Assembly (NCBI GenBank): GCA_023261545.1
Contig: JAHFOS010000004.1
Coordinates: forward strand, 1-63,865
DNA: 63,865 nt
Direction of reading: 5' to 3'
Source: a bacterium
Lineage (GTDB): Bacteria; Planctomycetota; JADGBV01
The translations under genes and the position numbers were made by a program. Shown here piece after piece: positions 9,539 to 19,520 of the stretch; the stretch's first letter is position 1, and every line of letters starts with the position of its first letter. The notes under the pieces are model-generated. The model did no database searches, was not told the DNA's origin, and saw nothing but the letters and a program-made list of their open reading frames with translations.

Positions 9539-9547
9539 GGCCGCGTC

Positions 9548-9865
9548 ATGTCTGAAGACCTCGAACACCTCAACCACCATATCCGGGCCTGCATTTTTGT
9601 TTTCATTTCGCTCTTCGTGCTCACGGTGGTCACCGTGGCTGTGTCAAAGCTCCATCTGCCGGTCGCCGCGGCCGTGACCATCGCGCTGTGCGTCGCTTGC
9701 GTCAAGGGAACCCTGGTGGCCACCTACTTCATGCATCTCATCTCGGAAAAGAAGATCATCTACTTCAGCCTGATCCTCACTTTCTTCTTTTTCCTAGTGC
9801 TCATGATCCTGCCCGTAGCCACCGAATCCGACTTCATCAGACACATGGTGTGGAACCGGCACTGA
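9548..9865 (+). CDS. Prokaryotic cytochrome oxidase subunit IV family (COX4_pro) small membrane protein
   Basis: 105 aa with three hydrophobic helices. The family-typical KGTLVATYFMHL motif is present. It is positioned directly after subunit III. Confidence 0.75.
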   Translation: MSEDLEHLNHHIRACIFVFISLFVLTVVTVAVSKLHLPVAAAVTIALCVACVKGTLVATYFMHLISEKKIIYFSLILTFFFFLVLMILPVATESDFIRHMVWNRH

Positions 9866-9866
9866 G

Positions 9867-10319
9867 GTGTCCCTCAAGGCCTTCCATATCGTTTTCATCA
9901 CCTTTTCTGTTTCGCTGGCGTTGGCCTACGCCGCCTGGGCCTTCCGCGAGGCCGACAGCCGCGGGGCGTGGTTGCGCTATGGCGGGGTGGTTTCTTTGGC
10001 CATTGCCGTGGGACTCGCCGTTTACGGTGTGCGATTCTTGAAAAAAATGCGCAACTTTGCGCTACTGGGTTTTTTTGCCGGGTTGCTGCTGCAGGGCCGG
10101 CTCGCGGCCTGCTCGGCCTGTTTCAGCGGCGGCGCCACCGGGTCCACGGGCGGCGGTCTTTCTGGCATCCAGGGCGCTGTCTTGAGTTTGTTGTCTGTCA
10201 CGCTCGCCATCCTCGTCGGCTTTGCCGCGTTTTTCATCTACCTCTGGAGGAGCGCGCGCCGGCATGCACACAAACCACCCGCCATTTCGATGGTCCTGCT
10301 GCGCGGCAAGGCAAGCTGA
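9867..10319 (+). CDS. Hypothetical integral membrane protein (about 4 TM, contains a CSAC pair)
   Basis: GTG start 1 nt after the previous stop. The translation has hydrophobic helices and GC-rich third codon positions. I recognise no family. Confidence 0.5.
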   Translation: MSLKAFHIVFITFSVSLALAYAAWAFREADSRGAWLRYGGVVSLAIAVGLAVYGVRFLKKMRNFALLGFFAGLLLQGRLAACSACFSGGATGSTGGGLSGIQGAVLSLLSVTLAILVGFAAFFIYLWRSARRHAHKPPAISMVLLRGKAS

Positions 10320-10405
10320 CGCGCTTCCGTTCGCGGTTTTGGCCGCGCGTTGAGCCTTGGTTGATCCACGTTGAAATCCACCGCGCCGGCCTATTCTGGA
10401 GGCTC

Positions 10406-11254
10406 ATGGCGGCGAACCTGTTGCGGAGATCTGCGGTGTTTGGGGCTTTGCTGCTGACCCATACGGCGATATTTTCCGCAGAATCCAGCCCCGCGGTCCT
10501 CGACAAAAGCGATATCGCTCTGCTGGCCAACCTTGAAGAACCCGCCCCTCCGAGTCCGCAGGAAATATTCGAAGCCGCGCGCCAGCGGGGTCTCAGCGCC
10601 GACGCGCGACCGCTCTTCGCGCTTTACGGCGAGCCCACCGCGCCGCTGGCCTATCTCGGCCGTTTGGAGGCTACTTTTTTCATCGGGAGACTCTTCGCTG
10701 TGGGCGGACTCGCTTATGAGAAGCTTTCGGGCGAGACCATCCTCAAAATGGCCGGAAAAGTTCACCAAGCGACACGGGAAATCGGCCTTCCGGCAACCAT
10801 TGAAGGGGAAATCCGGCGCGGTTACGAGGCTTTCTTGCGCGCGCCTCCTGAAAACCGCGCGGAGCTGCTGCAGTCTTTCACGGAGGCGCGCTCCAACCTG
10901 CTGTTATTGCTCAAGGAGGCGCGTGGGCTTGCCGCCGACGAGCGTGCGAGCGCGCGGGCCCTTGGGGTCAGCTTGGAAGCGGGTATCTGGAGCCAAAGCC
11001 TGGCGCTCTATTTCGAGAACTCCAGGGAGGAGCCGCAGCTCCGCGCCGTGCGCGAGATTCTGCTCGCCCCTGAAATCCTCGCCTATTTCCGAGCTGCTTT
11101 CGAGCGTGCGCGGGATTCCCACCCGCACAGCCCTTTCTTGAGCCAGTTGGCCGGACTGGTGCGTCTGGCGGCGGCTTACGCATCGCAACCGGAAAAATCT
11201 TCTGAAATGGCCTTGCGCGGCAGATTGGCCGAAATCCTGGGTTCCAGGGAATGA
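10406..11254 (+). CDS. Hypothetical secreted, predominantly helical protein
   Basis: ATG 10406 gives the signal-peptide-like N-terminus MAANLLRRSAVFGALLLTHTAIFSAES. The longer track ORF from 9968 overlaps the previous gene out of frame. Confidence 0.55.
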   Translation: MAANLLRRSAVFGALLLTHTAIFSAESSPAVLDKSDIALLANLEEPAPPSPQEIFEAARQRGLSADARPLFALYGEPTAPLAYLGRLEATFFIGRLFAVGGLAYEKLSGETILKMAGKVHQATREIGLPATIEGEIRRGYEAFLRAPPENRAELLQSFTEARSNLLLLLKEARGLAADERASARALGVSLEAGIWSQSLALYFENSREEPQLRAVREILLAPEILAYFRAAFERARDSHPHSPFLSQLAGLVRLAAAYASQPEKSSEMALRGRLAEILGSRE

Positions 11255-11676
11255 GCGTCCTCGCCCGCGCGGCCTTGCTATTGCTTTGCGTCTGTTCGAA
11301 AGCCTTCGCGACAGAGGAGGATGACGCTCGGGACGCGGCGCGCCGTATGATCGAAGCCCGGCGTGCCGAAGGTTTTCTCAATATCAGCGCCCAGCGTCGC
11401 GGGGTCCTCGACGAAAAAGGCAAAGATGCCTTTCCCGTTACCATGGTGGCGGGATCGGAGTACCTTGCCGCCGTGGCTGGCGATAAGGAGCTTTTGGAAT
11501 TAGAGTTGCTGCTCGTGGATTCCGATCGCAGCTACAAGATTTTGAGGCGTGATAAAGGCAGCGCCGTCAGCTTCACTTTCACCCCAAAGTCCACGGGCCG
11601 CCATATTTTTTTCTTGCGCGCCCTCAAGGGTAGCGGCGCCTTCCATTTCTACCTCGCCACGAAAAAGGAAGGATAG
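11251..11676 (+). CDS. Hypothetical small secreted protein
   Basis: ATGA start/stop overlap with the upstream gene. Signal peptide is MSVLARAALLLLCVCSKAFA. 141 aa with beta-rich-looking composition. Confidence 0.55.
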   Translation: MSVLARAALLLLCVCSKAFATEEDDARDAARRMIEARRAEGFLNISAQRRGVLDEKGKDAFPVTMVAGSEYLAAVAGDKELLELELLLVDSDRSYKILRRDKGSAVSFTFTPKSTGRHIFFLRALKGSGAFHFYLATKKEG

Positions 11677-11696
11677 TATTCTTGGCGGGCCCCAGG

Positions 11697-14600
11697 ATGA
11701 GGCCGCATCCAGACTCCGGCGCGGGGAAAAAGGCTGATGTCACGGACATTCCGCTCGCGCTCCTGATGCTGCGCGGGAACTCCCCCTGGCGCGATGATTT
11801 GCGCGTGGCGCGGGCACTGCTGCGGCAGGCGGGTTTGATGGAGTGGACCGAAGAGGAGTTCCTCGCGCGCGCGGAGGAGATCGCCGATAGCGCGCGCGTC
11901 GATCCCATCGCCCTCGCGGCCAGCGCGCTACACCGCTTGGAACAGCAAAAAGAGGAAGACCTCTTGCGACTCGGGTCAGTCCTCGGACTTTTTCTCATGG
12001 ATCTTCTGCCCCCTGAGCGGTCGCCTCTTTACTTGCTCAAAAATTGCGTAGAGGTCCTCTCTCGGCGAGCGCACGGCTGGCAGGAAGGATTAGGAAGCGC
12101 TCCACTGCGTGATTTCGCCGCATCTCTGGAAATGGATCGCACCGCGAGCGAGCATCTGCGCCAAGTGCGCGGATTGCCGGGGCTCAGGGAGGTTCCCTGG
12201 ACGCGGTTCCTGCGCGCGCGCGTCTACGCCTGCGCCGCGGAGGGCTTCGGCCCGTCTCCTGGGGAAGTCGAAACGGAAATCGACAGGCTCTTTCCCGGTA
12301 TTTCCGCGGACGAACGCGACCGGCTCCAGGCGGTGCTTTTGGAGGGCGTGGATCGTCCTTGGGTTCCTTTCCTCGTTCTCGAGGAACTGGGAGTGGGCTT
12401 CGGCGAAGCGGAGCGCCGGGAACTCCTGGGCGCGCTTTTGGATTTGTGCCGGCGACGCCCGCACTCCCAACGCTGGGCCTTCACCCGTGAAACGCTCCGG
12501 GCTTTCGGATTGACCACCGAAGAAGCGGGCGCGCTGGCATTTCACGCCGGTGCGCCCGAGAACCTCCTGCCCGCCTCCTTCAACGTGATCCACTTGGAGG
12601 AAGGGACGGAGATCGCGGTTCCTGCAGAACCCGAGGACCGTGGGCTGTCGCAGGCCAGACCGGAGATCGCGCTGCGGGTGCGGCGTTCCAGTTCGCAGCG
12701 GTTCGCCGTGGAAATTCCGGGGCGTGAGCCGCTGATGGTTGGAGATGGAGCCGAGCTTATCACCACCGGCTCGCGCCTGCTTTTTCGGCCTTCCGCCGGG
12801 TTGCTCTGCCGCCATGCTCTGGAAAATATTTTCCTCGCCGTGAAGGATCTCCGCGTCCAGGTGACGCGCCCCATCTTGCGCGGGGTCTCTTTCAGCGCCA
12901 CCTCGGGGCAGCTCATCGCCGTTTGCGGATCCTCGGGTTGTGGCAAAACCACCCTGCTCATGGCCCTCTCCGGTCGCACGCCCTCCGAGGGCGAAATTTT
13001 CTTCGGCCACCAGCGTGTGATCACGGCCGCGGAGCTTGCGGCACTCACAACCTTCATCCCCCAGGAGGACATCCTGCACCGCGAACTCACCGTTCGCGAA
13101 GCGGTGCATTGCGCAGGGCGCATCAAGCTTTCTTTGCGGCCCGGACCTCTCGAAGCCCGGGTGGACGAAGTGCTGCGCGAACTGGGTTTGGAAACCGCCA
13201 GCACCGTGCGTATCGGCGGGGAGGCGGAAAAAGGCGCGAGCGGCGGCCAGAGAAAACGCACCAGCATTGCGGTGAGCGTAGTGGGCGGCACCAAACCGCT
13301 GTTGTTGTGCGATGAGCCTATCTCCGAACTCGACCCCGCCAATGGCCTGGAAATCATGCGTTTACTGCGGACTATCGCACGCCGCGGGCATTTGGTTATC
13401 GCCGTGATCCATGACCTTTTTCCCGCCGTTTTCGAGCTTTTCGACCGCTTCCTGGTGCTGGACGGGGAGGGCAGACTCGCTTATTACGGTCCCCCGCGCG
13501 GAATGCTGGCCTTTTTCTCTGTGGGCGAAGCGCATCTGGTCTTCGAGCGCCTGTCTGCGGAGCAGCCTGGCGTCTGGGGCCAGCGCTTCGCCGCGGCCAA
13601 TGAAGGGCGCGAAAACGACAGGGAGATCCGCCGTCTGGCCGCCCTCACGGAACAGCAACGGCTAGACCTCCCAGATCCGTCGCCGCCCCGCCACCGCCAC
13701 GGTTTCCGGCAATTCAAAGCTCTTTTCGGCCGCGAGTTTCTCTGCCGGCGTCGCGATTACGGCCATCTATTCGCTTGTCTATTGCAACCGCTCGCTTTGG
13801 GCCTGGTGCTGCGCTGGAATTTTCCCGGCCCCACGCCAGCGGCGCTTTTCGCGCTGGTGGTTTCGGCCCTGTGGATCGGGGCGGTGGCGGGCGTGCGCGA
13901 AATCAACGGATCTTGGGCCCTTCTGTTGCGCGACATCCGCGAAGGTGCCAGCCCCGCCGTCGGTTTCGTTTCAAAGTTGGTTTCTTCCTTGCTGTTCACG
14001 CTCGTGCAACTCGTCGTGCTCTCCGCGCTTACCGTTTGGTCCACGCTCTACCACGGCCCGCCCTTCGCGTTTTCGGCGGCCATGTCCTTTTTTGTGCTCC
14101 TCGGCCTGGACATCTTCGGCCTGAGCCTGGGTTTCCTGCTCTCGGCCTGTTTGAGTCCGCTCGCCTCCCTCGCGGTGCTGCCGCTCGCGCTCATTCCGCT
14201 GCTGCTCATGGGGGGCCTGTTGCATCCCTATTGCGAAACCCAGGGGCTGAAACGCGCGCTCTATCGCTGGAACCCGGTGCGCGCGGGTTTTGAAGCCGAG
14301 CTGCTCTCCGCGGACCAGCTCCTGTTTCCAACAACCCGCAGAGCGGCCGCGCGTGGGGACGAGGATCAACGACGGCAACTCTGGGAAGTTTACTTGGATC
14401 GGCTCGCGAAATACGAGCGCAAACCGCGGGCGGCTCCGCGCACCCTGGAGGCGGACCCCGAGGTCCTCATGCGCGCCGCGCTGGCGGGGCGCCTCCCTAC
14501 GGAGGACGAACGCGCCCGGCCTTCTCCCCCCCCAGAGGTCGAAGAACCGGCGCTGCTCTTGCACCAGCCCGTGCTGTGGCGCGCGGGATTCCGGCTGTTG

Positions 14601-14858
14601 GAGGTGGATCGTCCACGCCCGGAAATGGATTTCTCCACTTGGACACGGCGCCCCTCCGTGCGTGCTCCAGCGCCCCTGGTCCAGCCCAGCGCCCAGGGTC
14701 TCGTCGGTCTCTACGATGAGGAGCCTGGCGGATCAGCCCGAGGGCTCGCGTCACCCCTGGCGCTGGTTTTGCTGCCAGTGCTGGCGGCGGTACTCCACTT
14801 CTTGTTCGCCTATATCGCTTTGCGGCTGCGGCTCAAAAAAACACGGGCTGCGCTTTGA
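11697..14858 (+). CDS. ABCG/ABC-2-type half transporter (NBD then TMD) with a ~370-aa N-terminal domain of unknown function and a ~250-aa C-terminal extension ending in a TM helix
   Basis: Motifs: Walker A CGSSGCGKTT, signature SGGQRKR, Walker B LLLCDEPISELD, and an H-loop region VIAVIHD. Hydrophobic ABC-2-like helices follow. An in-frame TTG at 11682 is an alternative start. Confidence 0.8.
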   Translation: MRPHPDSGAGKKADVTDIPLALLMLRGNSPWRDDLRVARALLRQAGLMEWTEEEFLARAEEIADSARVDPIALAASALHRLEQQKEEDLLRLGSVLGLFLMDLLPPERSPLYLLKNCVEVLSRRAHGWQEGLGSAPLRDFAASLEMDRTASEHLRQVRGLPGLREVPWTRFLRARVYACAAEGFGPSPGEVETEIDRLFPGISADERDRLQAVLLEGVDRPWVPFLVLEELGVGFGEAERRELLGALLDLCRRRPHSQRWAFTRETLRAFGLTTEEAGALAFHAGAPENLLPASFNVIHLEEGTEIAVPAEPEDRGLSQARPEIALRVRRSSSQRFAVEIPGREPLMVGDGAELITTGSRLLFRPSAGLLCRHALENIFLAVKDLRVQVTRPILRGVSFSATSGQLIAVCGSSGCGKTTLLMALSGRTPSEGEIFFGHQRVITAAELAALTTFIPQEDILHRELTVREAVHCAGRIKLSLRPGPLEARVDEVLRELGLETASTVRIGGEAEKGASGGQRKRTSIAVSVVGGTKPLLLCDEPISELDPANGLEIMRLLRTIARRGHLVIAVIHDLFPAVFELFDRFLVLDGEGRLAYYGPPRGMLAFFSVGEAHLVFERLSAEQPGVWGQRFAAANEGRENDREIRRLAALTEQQRLDLPDPSPPRHRHGFRQFKALFGREFLCRRRDYGHLFACLLQPLALGLVLRWNFPGPTPAALFALVVSALWIGAVAGVREINGSWALLLRDIREGASPAVGFVSKLVSSLLFTLVQLVVLSALTVWSTLYHGPPFAFSAAMSFFVLLGLDIFGLSLGFLLSACLSPLASLAVLPLALIPLLLMGGLLHPYCETQGLKRALYRWNPVRAGFEAELLSADQLLFPTTRRAAARGDEDQRRQLWEVYLDRLAKYERKPRAAPRTLEADPEVLMRAALAGRLPTEDERARPSPPPEVEEPALLLHQPVLWRAGFRLLEVDRPRPEMDFSTWTRRPSVRAPAPLVQPSAQGLVGLYDEEPGGSARGLASPLALVLLPVLAAVLHFLFAYIALRLRLKKTRAAL

Positions 14859-15043
14859 GTCGTTTTTATTGGCGCGTTTTTTCAGCCATGTCATCATCCC
14901 ATCGTGGGGAGTATGAGTGGAATACGAAAAATCGAGTTTCGACCGGCCTGGCAACAGGGTGGACCACGGGCCGTGAAACCCATCCGCTTGCTGCTAACCG
15001 TGATTTTCGAGTTCCTCCGCTTCTCCAATCCGGAGCGCCAGCC

Positions 15044-16486
15044 GTGAGGGCCTTATCCTGGCGCCTGCCTTGGCGGTGGTTCAGGAAGCCGCCGTTGGTT
15101 TTGGCGGCCCTTGTCAGTTGTTGCTTCGCGGCGCGGGCCGAGGTCACCGAGGACGTGATTCTGAGCGCTGGATTTCCTCCAGGCGCCTCGCAGCCCGGCA
15201 CGGGCCGAACAGGTGTTTTTCGGCGCGCCCGCGGCCCGTTCCAGAAAAAATTCAATCCCACGACTTCCGAAAACGCTCGCGAACACGCCAAAGTCGTTGT
15301 CAGTTCCTTGCCTCCTATGAACCTTGCCAAAGGCCTGGAACTCCTGGAGGGCTTGGATTTTGAAAAACTACCCACGGACATCTTGAGTTTCAACGATGCT
15401 AACTTTCGCGTCTGGCTCGAAAGGAACCTTGCTTCGGCCAGTGCCGCCGACGTGGATCGCCTTGCGTTGCTCCCCATCCAAGGTATGCCCCAGATTCCCC
15501 TCTACTTTTTCGCGCCGGTCGTGGTGGTGGAGCTTAAAAAAATGACCGTCAACAAGGCCGATCTGCTGCTCTGGGCCTTGGATCAGTTTGAGCTTGGAGA
15601 ACTCAAGGAGTTCCTCAAAGTGCTGGAGGGGTTTCCTTCCGAAGCATGGCGGCCCATCATCGCCGGGCGCGCCATGGTTCTCGCCAAGATGTATTCAACA
15701 TCCCTCCCCGCCTGCCTGGATTGCCCTGCGCTTGCCGAGTTTCTGGAAGCCCTAGTCCAGGGTGGGGCCGCAGTGGCAAACCCACTCGTCGCCGCTGCGT
15801 TAGCGGACAAACTCGATGTCATGGCGCCGCGGTTGCGTTTGGCGTGCATCACGTTCATCCTGCCAGCGCAGCCGCGCGTTGAAAAAACCTTGAAAGCGCT
15901 TCATGGTCTGCACGAAGACTCCGTATGGGCTCGTGAGGCGGCGCTCGTGGCGGTTGCGGCCGTGACTTGTCAATGGAGGGTGGAGTCGGAGTCGGATCAG
16001 AAACAACGCGGTTTTATGGTTTTGAACACGTCCGGAGGAGGTGAGCTGCGACCGTATTTTGAAATCGTGAAAAGCACCGCGAATTCTTTCAATCTTCCCC
16101 AAGCCCAAATTATAGTCATGAGGCTACCTCCGAACATTACGCTCTCCCCAGGGGGAAATACCGACCTTTGGCAGGCGATCCACGCCAAACGCCTTGAGTT
16201 ATACCGCCTTGAAAAAGACGCGACTTGGCGCCCGAAACTCCTGGCTGGCGCCACCCCCACCATGGAACGCGTCGAGCTGGAAACTGGCATCAGAAAATTG
16301 GTCGGCCCAGGACCCTTGCAAAATTGGCCTGCCGCCACGGTTCCTCTGCTGGACCTTGCCCGTCGCTATCGCAGCGATCCGGAGTTAGGGAATGAAACCC
16401 TGGTTCGCTTCCTGCGCGCAGTTGCGATTTTACCGGAAAACGGCACGGTGATCTTCGAGCAAGAAACCCCGACGAGTCGCTTTTGA
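15044..16486 (+). CDS. Hypothetical secreted protein
   Basis: The frame is open from TTG 14855. GTG 15044, preceded by GGAG 15032-15035, gives a signal-peptide-like start VRALSWRLPWRWFRKPPLVLAALVSCCFAARA. ATG 14888 is an alternative. I recognise no family. Confidence 0.5.
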   Translation: MRALSWRLPWRWFRKPPLVLAALVSCCFAARAEVTEDVILSAGFPPGASQPGTGRTGVFRRARGPFQKKFNPTTSENAREHAKVVVSSLPPMNLAKGLELLEGLDFEKLPTDILSFNDANFRVWLERNLASASAADVDRLALLPIQGMPQIPLYFFAPVVVVELKKMTVNKADLLLWALDQFELGELKEFLKVLEGFPSEAWRPIIAGRAMVLAKMYSTSLPACLDCPALAEFLEALVQGGAAVANPLVAAALADKLDVMAPRLRLACITFILPAQPRVEKTLKALHGLHEDSVWAREAALVAVAAVTCQWRVESESDQKQRGFMVLNTSGGGELRPYFEIVKSTANSFNLPQAQIIVMRLPPNITLSPGGNTDLWQAIHAKRLELYRLEKDATWRPKLLAGATPTMERVELETGIRKLVGPGPLQNWPAATVPLLDLARRYRSDPELGNETLVRFLRAVAILPENGTVIFEQETPTSRF

Positions 16487-16615
16487 ACTTCGGTTAGCGC
16501 TTCTCGATATAGGGGAACTCCCGAACTTCGAAAAACACACCTACAGAATCGAGCAAAACGTTGGGACGATGAAATCGCAAGGTGCAACCAGGCCTGATTC
16601 AAACAGATAGACAAG

Positions 16616-16689
<74 letters not shown>

Positions 16690-16883
16690 GAAACTTACGC
16701 AACGAATTATCTTTTAGGCGGTTACGAACAGTCAAGGGCTGTGTTTGAGGCCGCGAAAAGATCATTTTGGGGTACATTTTCTAAAGAACGGCCTGCAATT
16801 TTGAGAGCCCAAGGCCCAGATTCAGCAGAAGCTGGGAGTGGCGCCAGGGTTTCACGATATCAGAAGCCGCTGGACCTCGGTTT

Positions 16884-17438
16884 CTATCCTTTCGCAAACC
16901 CCAACTTTTTGAGTTTTGAGTTGACGGTATGCGCTATGGTTTCGCTATCCTTCAGCCCCACGAATGTGATCTCCGCTTTTTCACCGCCGAAAGGTCTGAC
17001 GGGCAAGCTGGCCGTGCCTGGGGTGAATATTTTCAGGGTCGAAATGCCGAGCAGTTGCTCGATGATATTCTGGCTGGTCTCGACGTCCGTCACTTTATGA
17101 AAATGCACGGAGCGTTCGACCCTCCGGAAGATACCTCCGTGGAAAACGCACCGCTGATCGGTCACGTAATAGATATGGGTGCTGCGAAGAGCGGCGCAGT
17201 ATATCATGCCGATGATAAGGATGATCGGCAAGATAACCAAAACGCTCACAACCCCAATGGCGGCGAGCTTGCCATCCGGTTTCGCGGCAAGTGCACCACC
17301 CAGGAAGATTGGAAACCAGAAGGAAAGAAACGTTAGGAAAATGGCGACGGGCAAGCACTTTGTAAAAAACCAAATGACCAGGATTCCCTTCTCGGGCCGA
17401 AGCTCGTGGATCAAAGCCTCATCTTCTTGAAGTTTCAT
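16884..17438 (-). CDS. Membrane protein with bacterial PH domain (bPH_2 / YdbS-like, DUF304)
   Basis: Two N-terminal TM helices, then YYVTDQRCVFHGGIFRRVERSVHFHKVTDVETSQNIIEQLLGISTLKIFT, typical of the bPH_2 fold. The gene is visibly lower in GC than its neighbours. Confidence 0.7.
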   Translation of the reverse strand: MKLQEDEALIHELRPEKGILVIWFFTKCLPVAIFLTFLSFWFPIFLGGALAAKPDGKLAAIGVVSVLVILPIILIIGMIYCAALRSTHIYYVTDQRCVFHGGIFRRVERSVHFHKVTDVETSQNIIEQLLGISTLKIFTPGTASLPVRPFGGEKAEITFVGLKDSETIAHTVNSKLKKLGFAKG

Positions 17439-17550
17439 GTGATATAGCCGGATGCGGCGATCCTCAGGGTCGGCAACCGCCTATTTTCACAATTTTTCTG
17501 GCCCAGGCATTAGCAACGCGCAGTAAAATTGCCCGCGCGCCGCCAGCTTC

Positions 17551-18102
17551 TTAACCCGCGACCAACATCCCGCTTCGCAATTCCCCAGCCATCTTGGAGT
17601 TCACCAGCACTTCCACGAGTTTGAGCGCGAATTCGAGAGCGGTGCCGGGGCCGCGGCTGGTGATGATGGGGCCGTCCACCACGACGCGATCCTTTTGTGG
17701 CAGGGCTGAGGTCAGCTTTTCCTCGAAGCCGGGGTAGCAGGTGACCTTCTTGCCGGCCAAGACCCCGCTCGCGCCCAGCGCCCAAGGCGCGGCGCAGATG
17801 GCGGCGGTGATTTTGCCGGCGGCGGCGTGGCGTTTCACCAGGGCCTTGATATCCTCGCTGCCGGCGAGGCGCTCGCTGCCCGGCATGCCGCCGGGGAGGA
17901 CCACGGCGTCGAAATTACGGCCTTTCACCTCGCCCAGGGTCGTGTCGGCGAGGACCTTCACGCCGTGAGCGCCGTGGGTCTCTTTTTTGGCGAGGCCAGC
18001 AACGGTGACCTCTAGGCCCGCGCGCCGCAGCACATCAATGATGGTCATGGCCTCGATTTCTTCGAAGCCGTCCGCCAGGGGAACCAGGATCTGCTTGGCC
18101 AT
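17551..18102 (-). CDS. DJ-1/PfpI (ThiJ/YajL) family protein
   Basis: Starts MAKQILVPLADGFEEIEAMTIIDVLRRAG. The nucleophile elbow AAICAAPWAL with the conserved Cys is present. Confidence 0.9.
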   Translation of the reverse strand: MAKQILVPLADGFEEIEAMTIIDVLRRAGLEVTVAGLAKKETHGAHGVKVLADTTLGEVKGRNFDAVVLPGGMPGSERLAGSEDIKALVKRHAAAGKITAAICAAPWALGASGVLAGKKVTCYPGFEEKLTSALPQKDRVVVDGPIITSRGPGTALEFALKLVEVLVNSKMAGELRSGMLVAG

Positions 18103-18122
18103 GTCGGATGCCCTCCAAAAAC

Positions 18123-19136
<1,014 letters not shown>

Positions 19137-19478
19137 GGTGGGGGAGAGAAAGGAGGTGCCGCCCTTATAGTCGCGTCCGGTATTTTCAAAGTCTGGGTCG
19201 CGGTGGTTGGAAAATTCAGGAAAAAGGAGAATTCACGGGGCAATGGGATTTTTAAATTCCATAAAAACCAATGATATTAAGTATTATCTAATTTTGTTCG
19301 GCCAAAAATGCAAGGCGCGCCGCCGCTGCGACACAGCGCTGCTGTAGCCTGAAAAAGCCTTCCCGACCTTACTATGGCTTCTGGACTTTGCTCTGGGTTT
19401 CCGAATCCTCAACTCGGAATTATCCACAGATTTCACAAATATGCACTGATTAAAGAGACCGGCCCTGACTGATTATTA

Positions 19479-19504
19479 TCTGTGTTATTCTGTGTTCTCT
19501 GTGG
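19479..19504 (+). repeat. Short tandem direct repeats TCTGTGTT-at-TCTGTGTT-ct-CTGTGG immediately upstream of the putA start. Possible operator or leader element.
   Basis: Read directly from the sequence 17-42 nt upstream of ATG 19521, inside an AT-rich divergent intergenic region. Confidence 0.3.
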
Positions 19505-19520
19505 ACAATTCCCCCGGAGC

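Noticed and set aside
14855-15043. N-terminal 63 codons of the track ORF 14855-16486
   Set aside because: This region encodes no signal or TM feature, whereas GTG 15044 (with GGAG upstream) yields a convincing signal peptide. The true start remains uncertain; TTG 14855 would give a stop/start overlap with the ABC gene.
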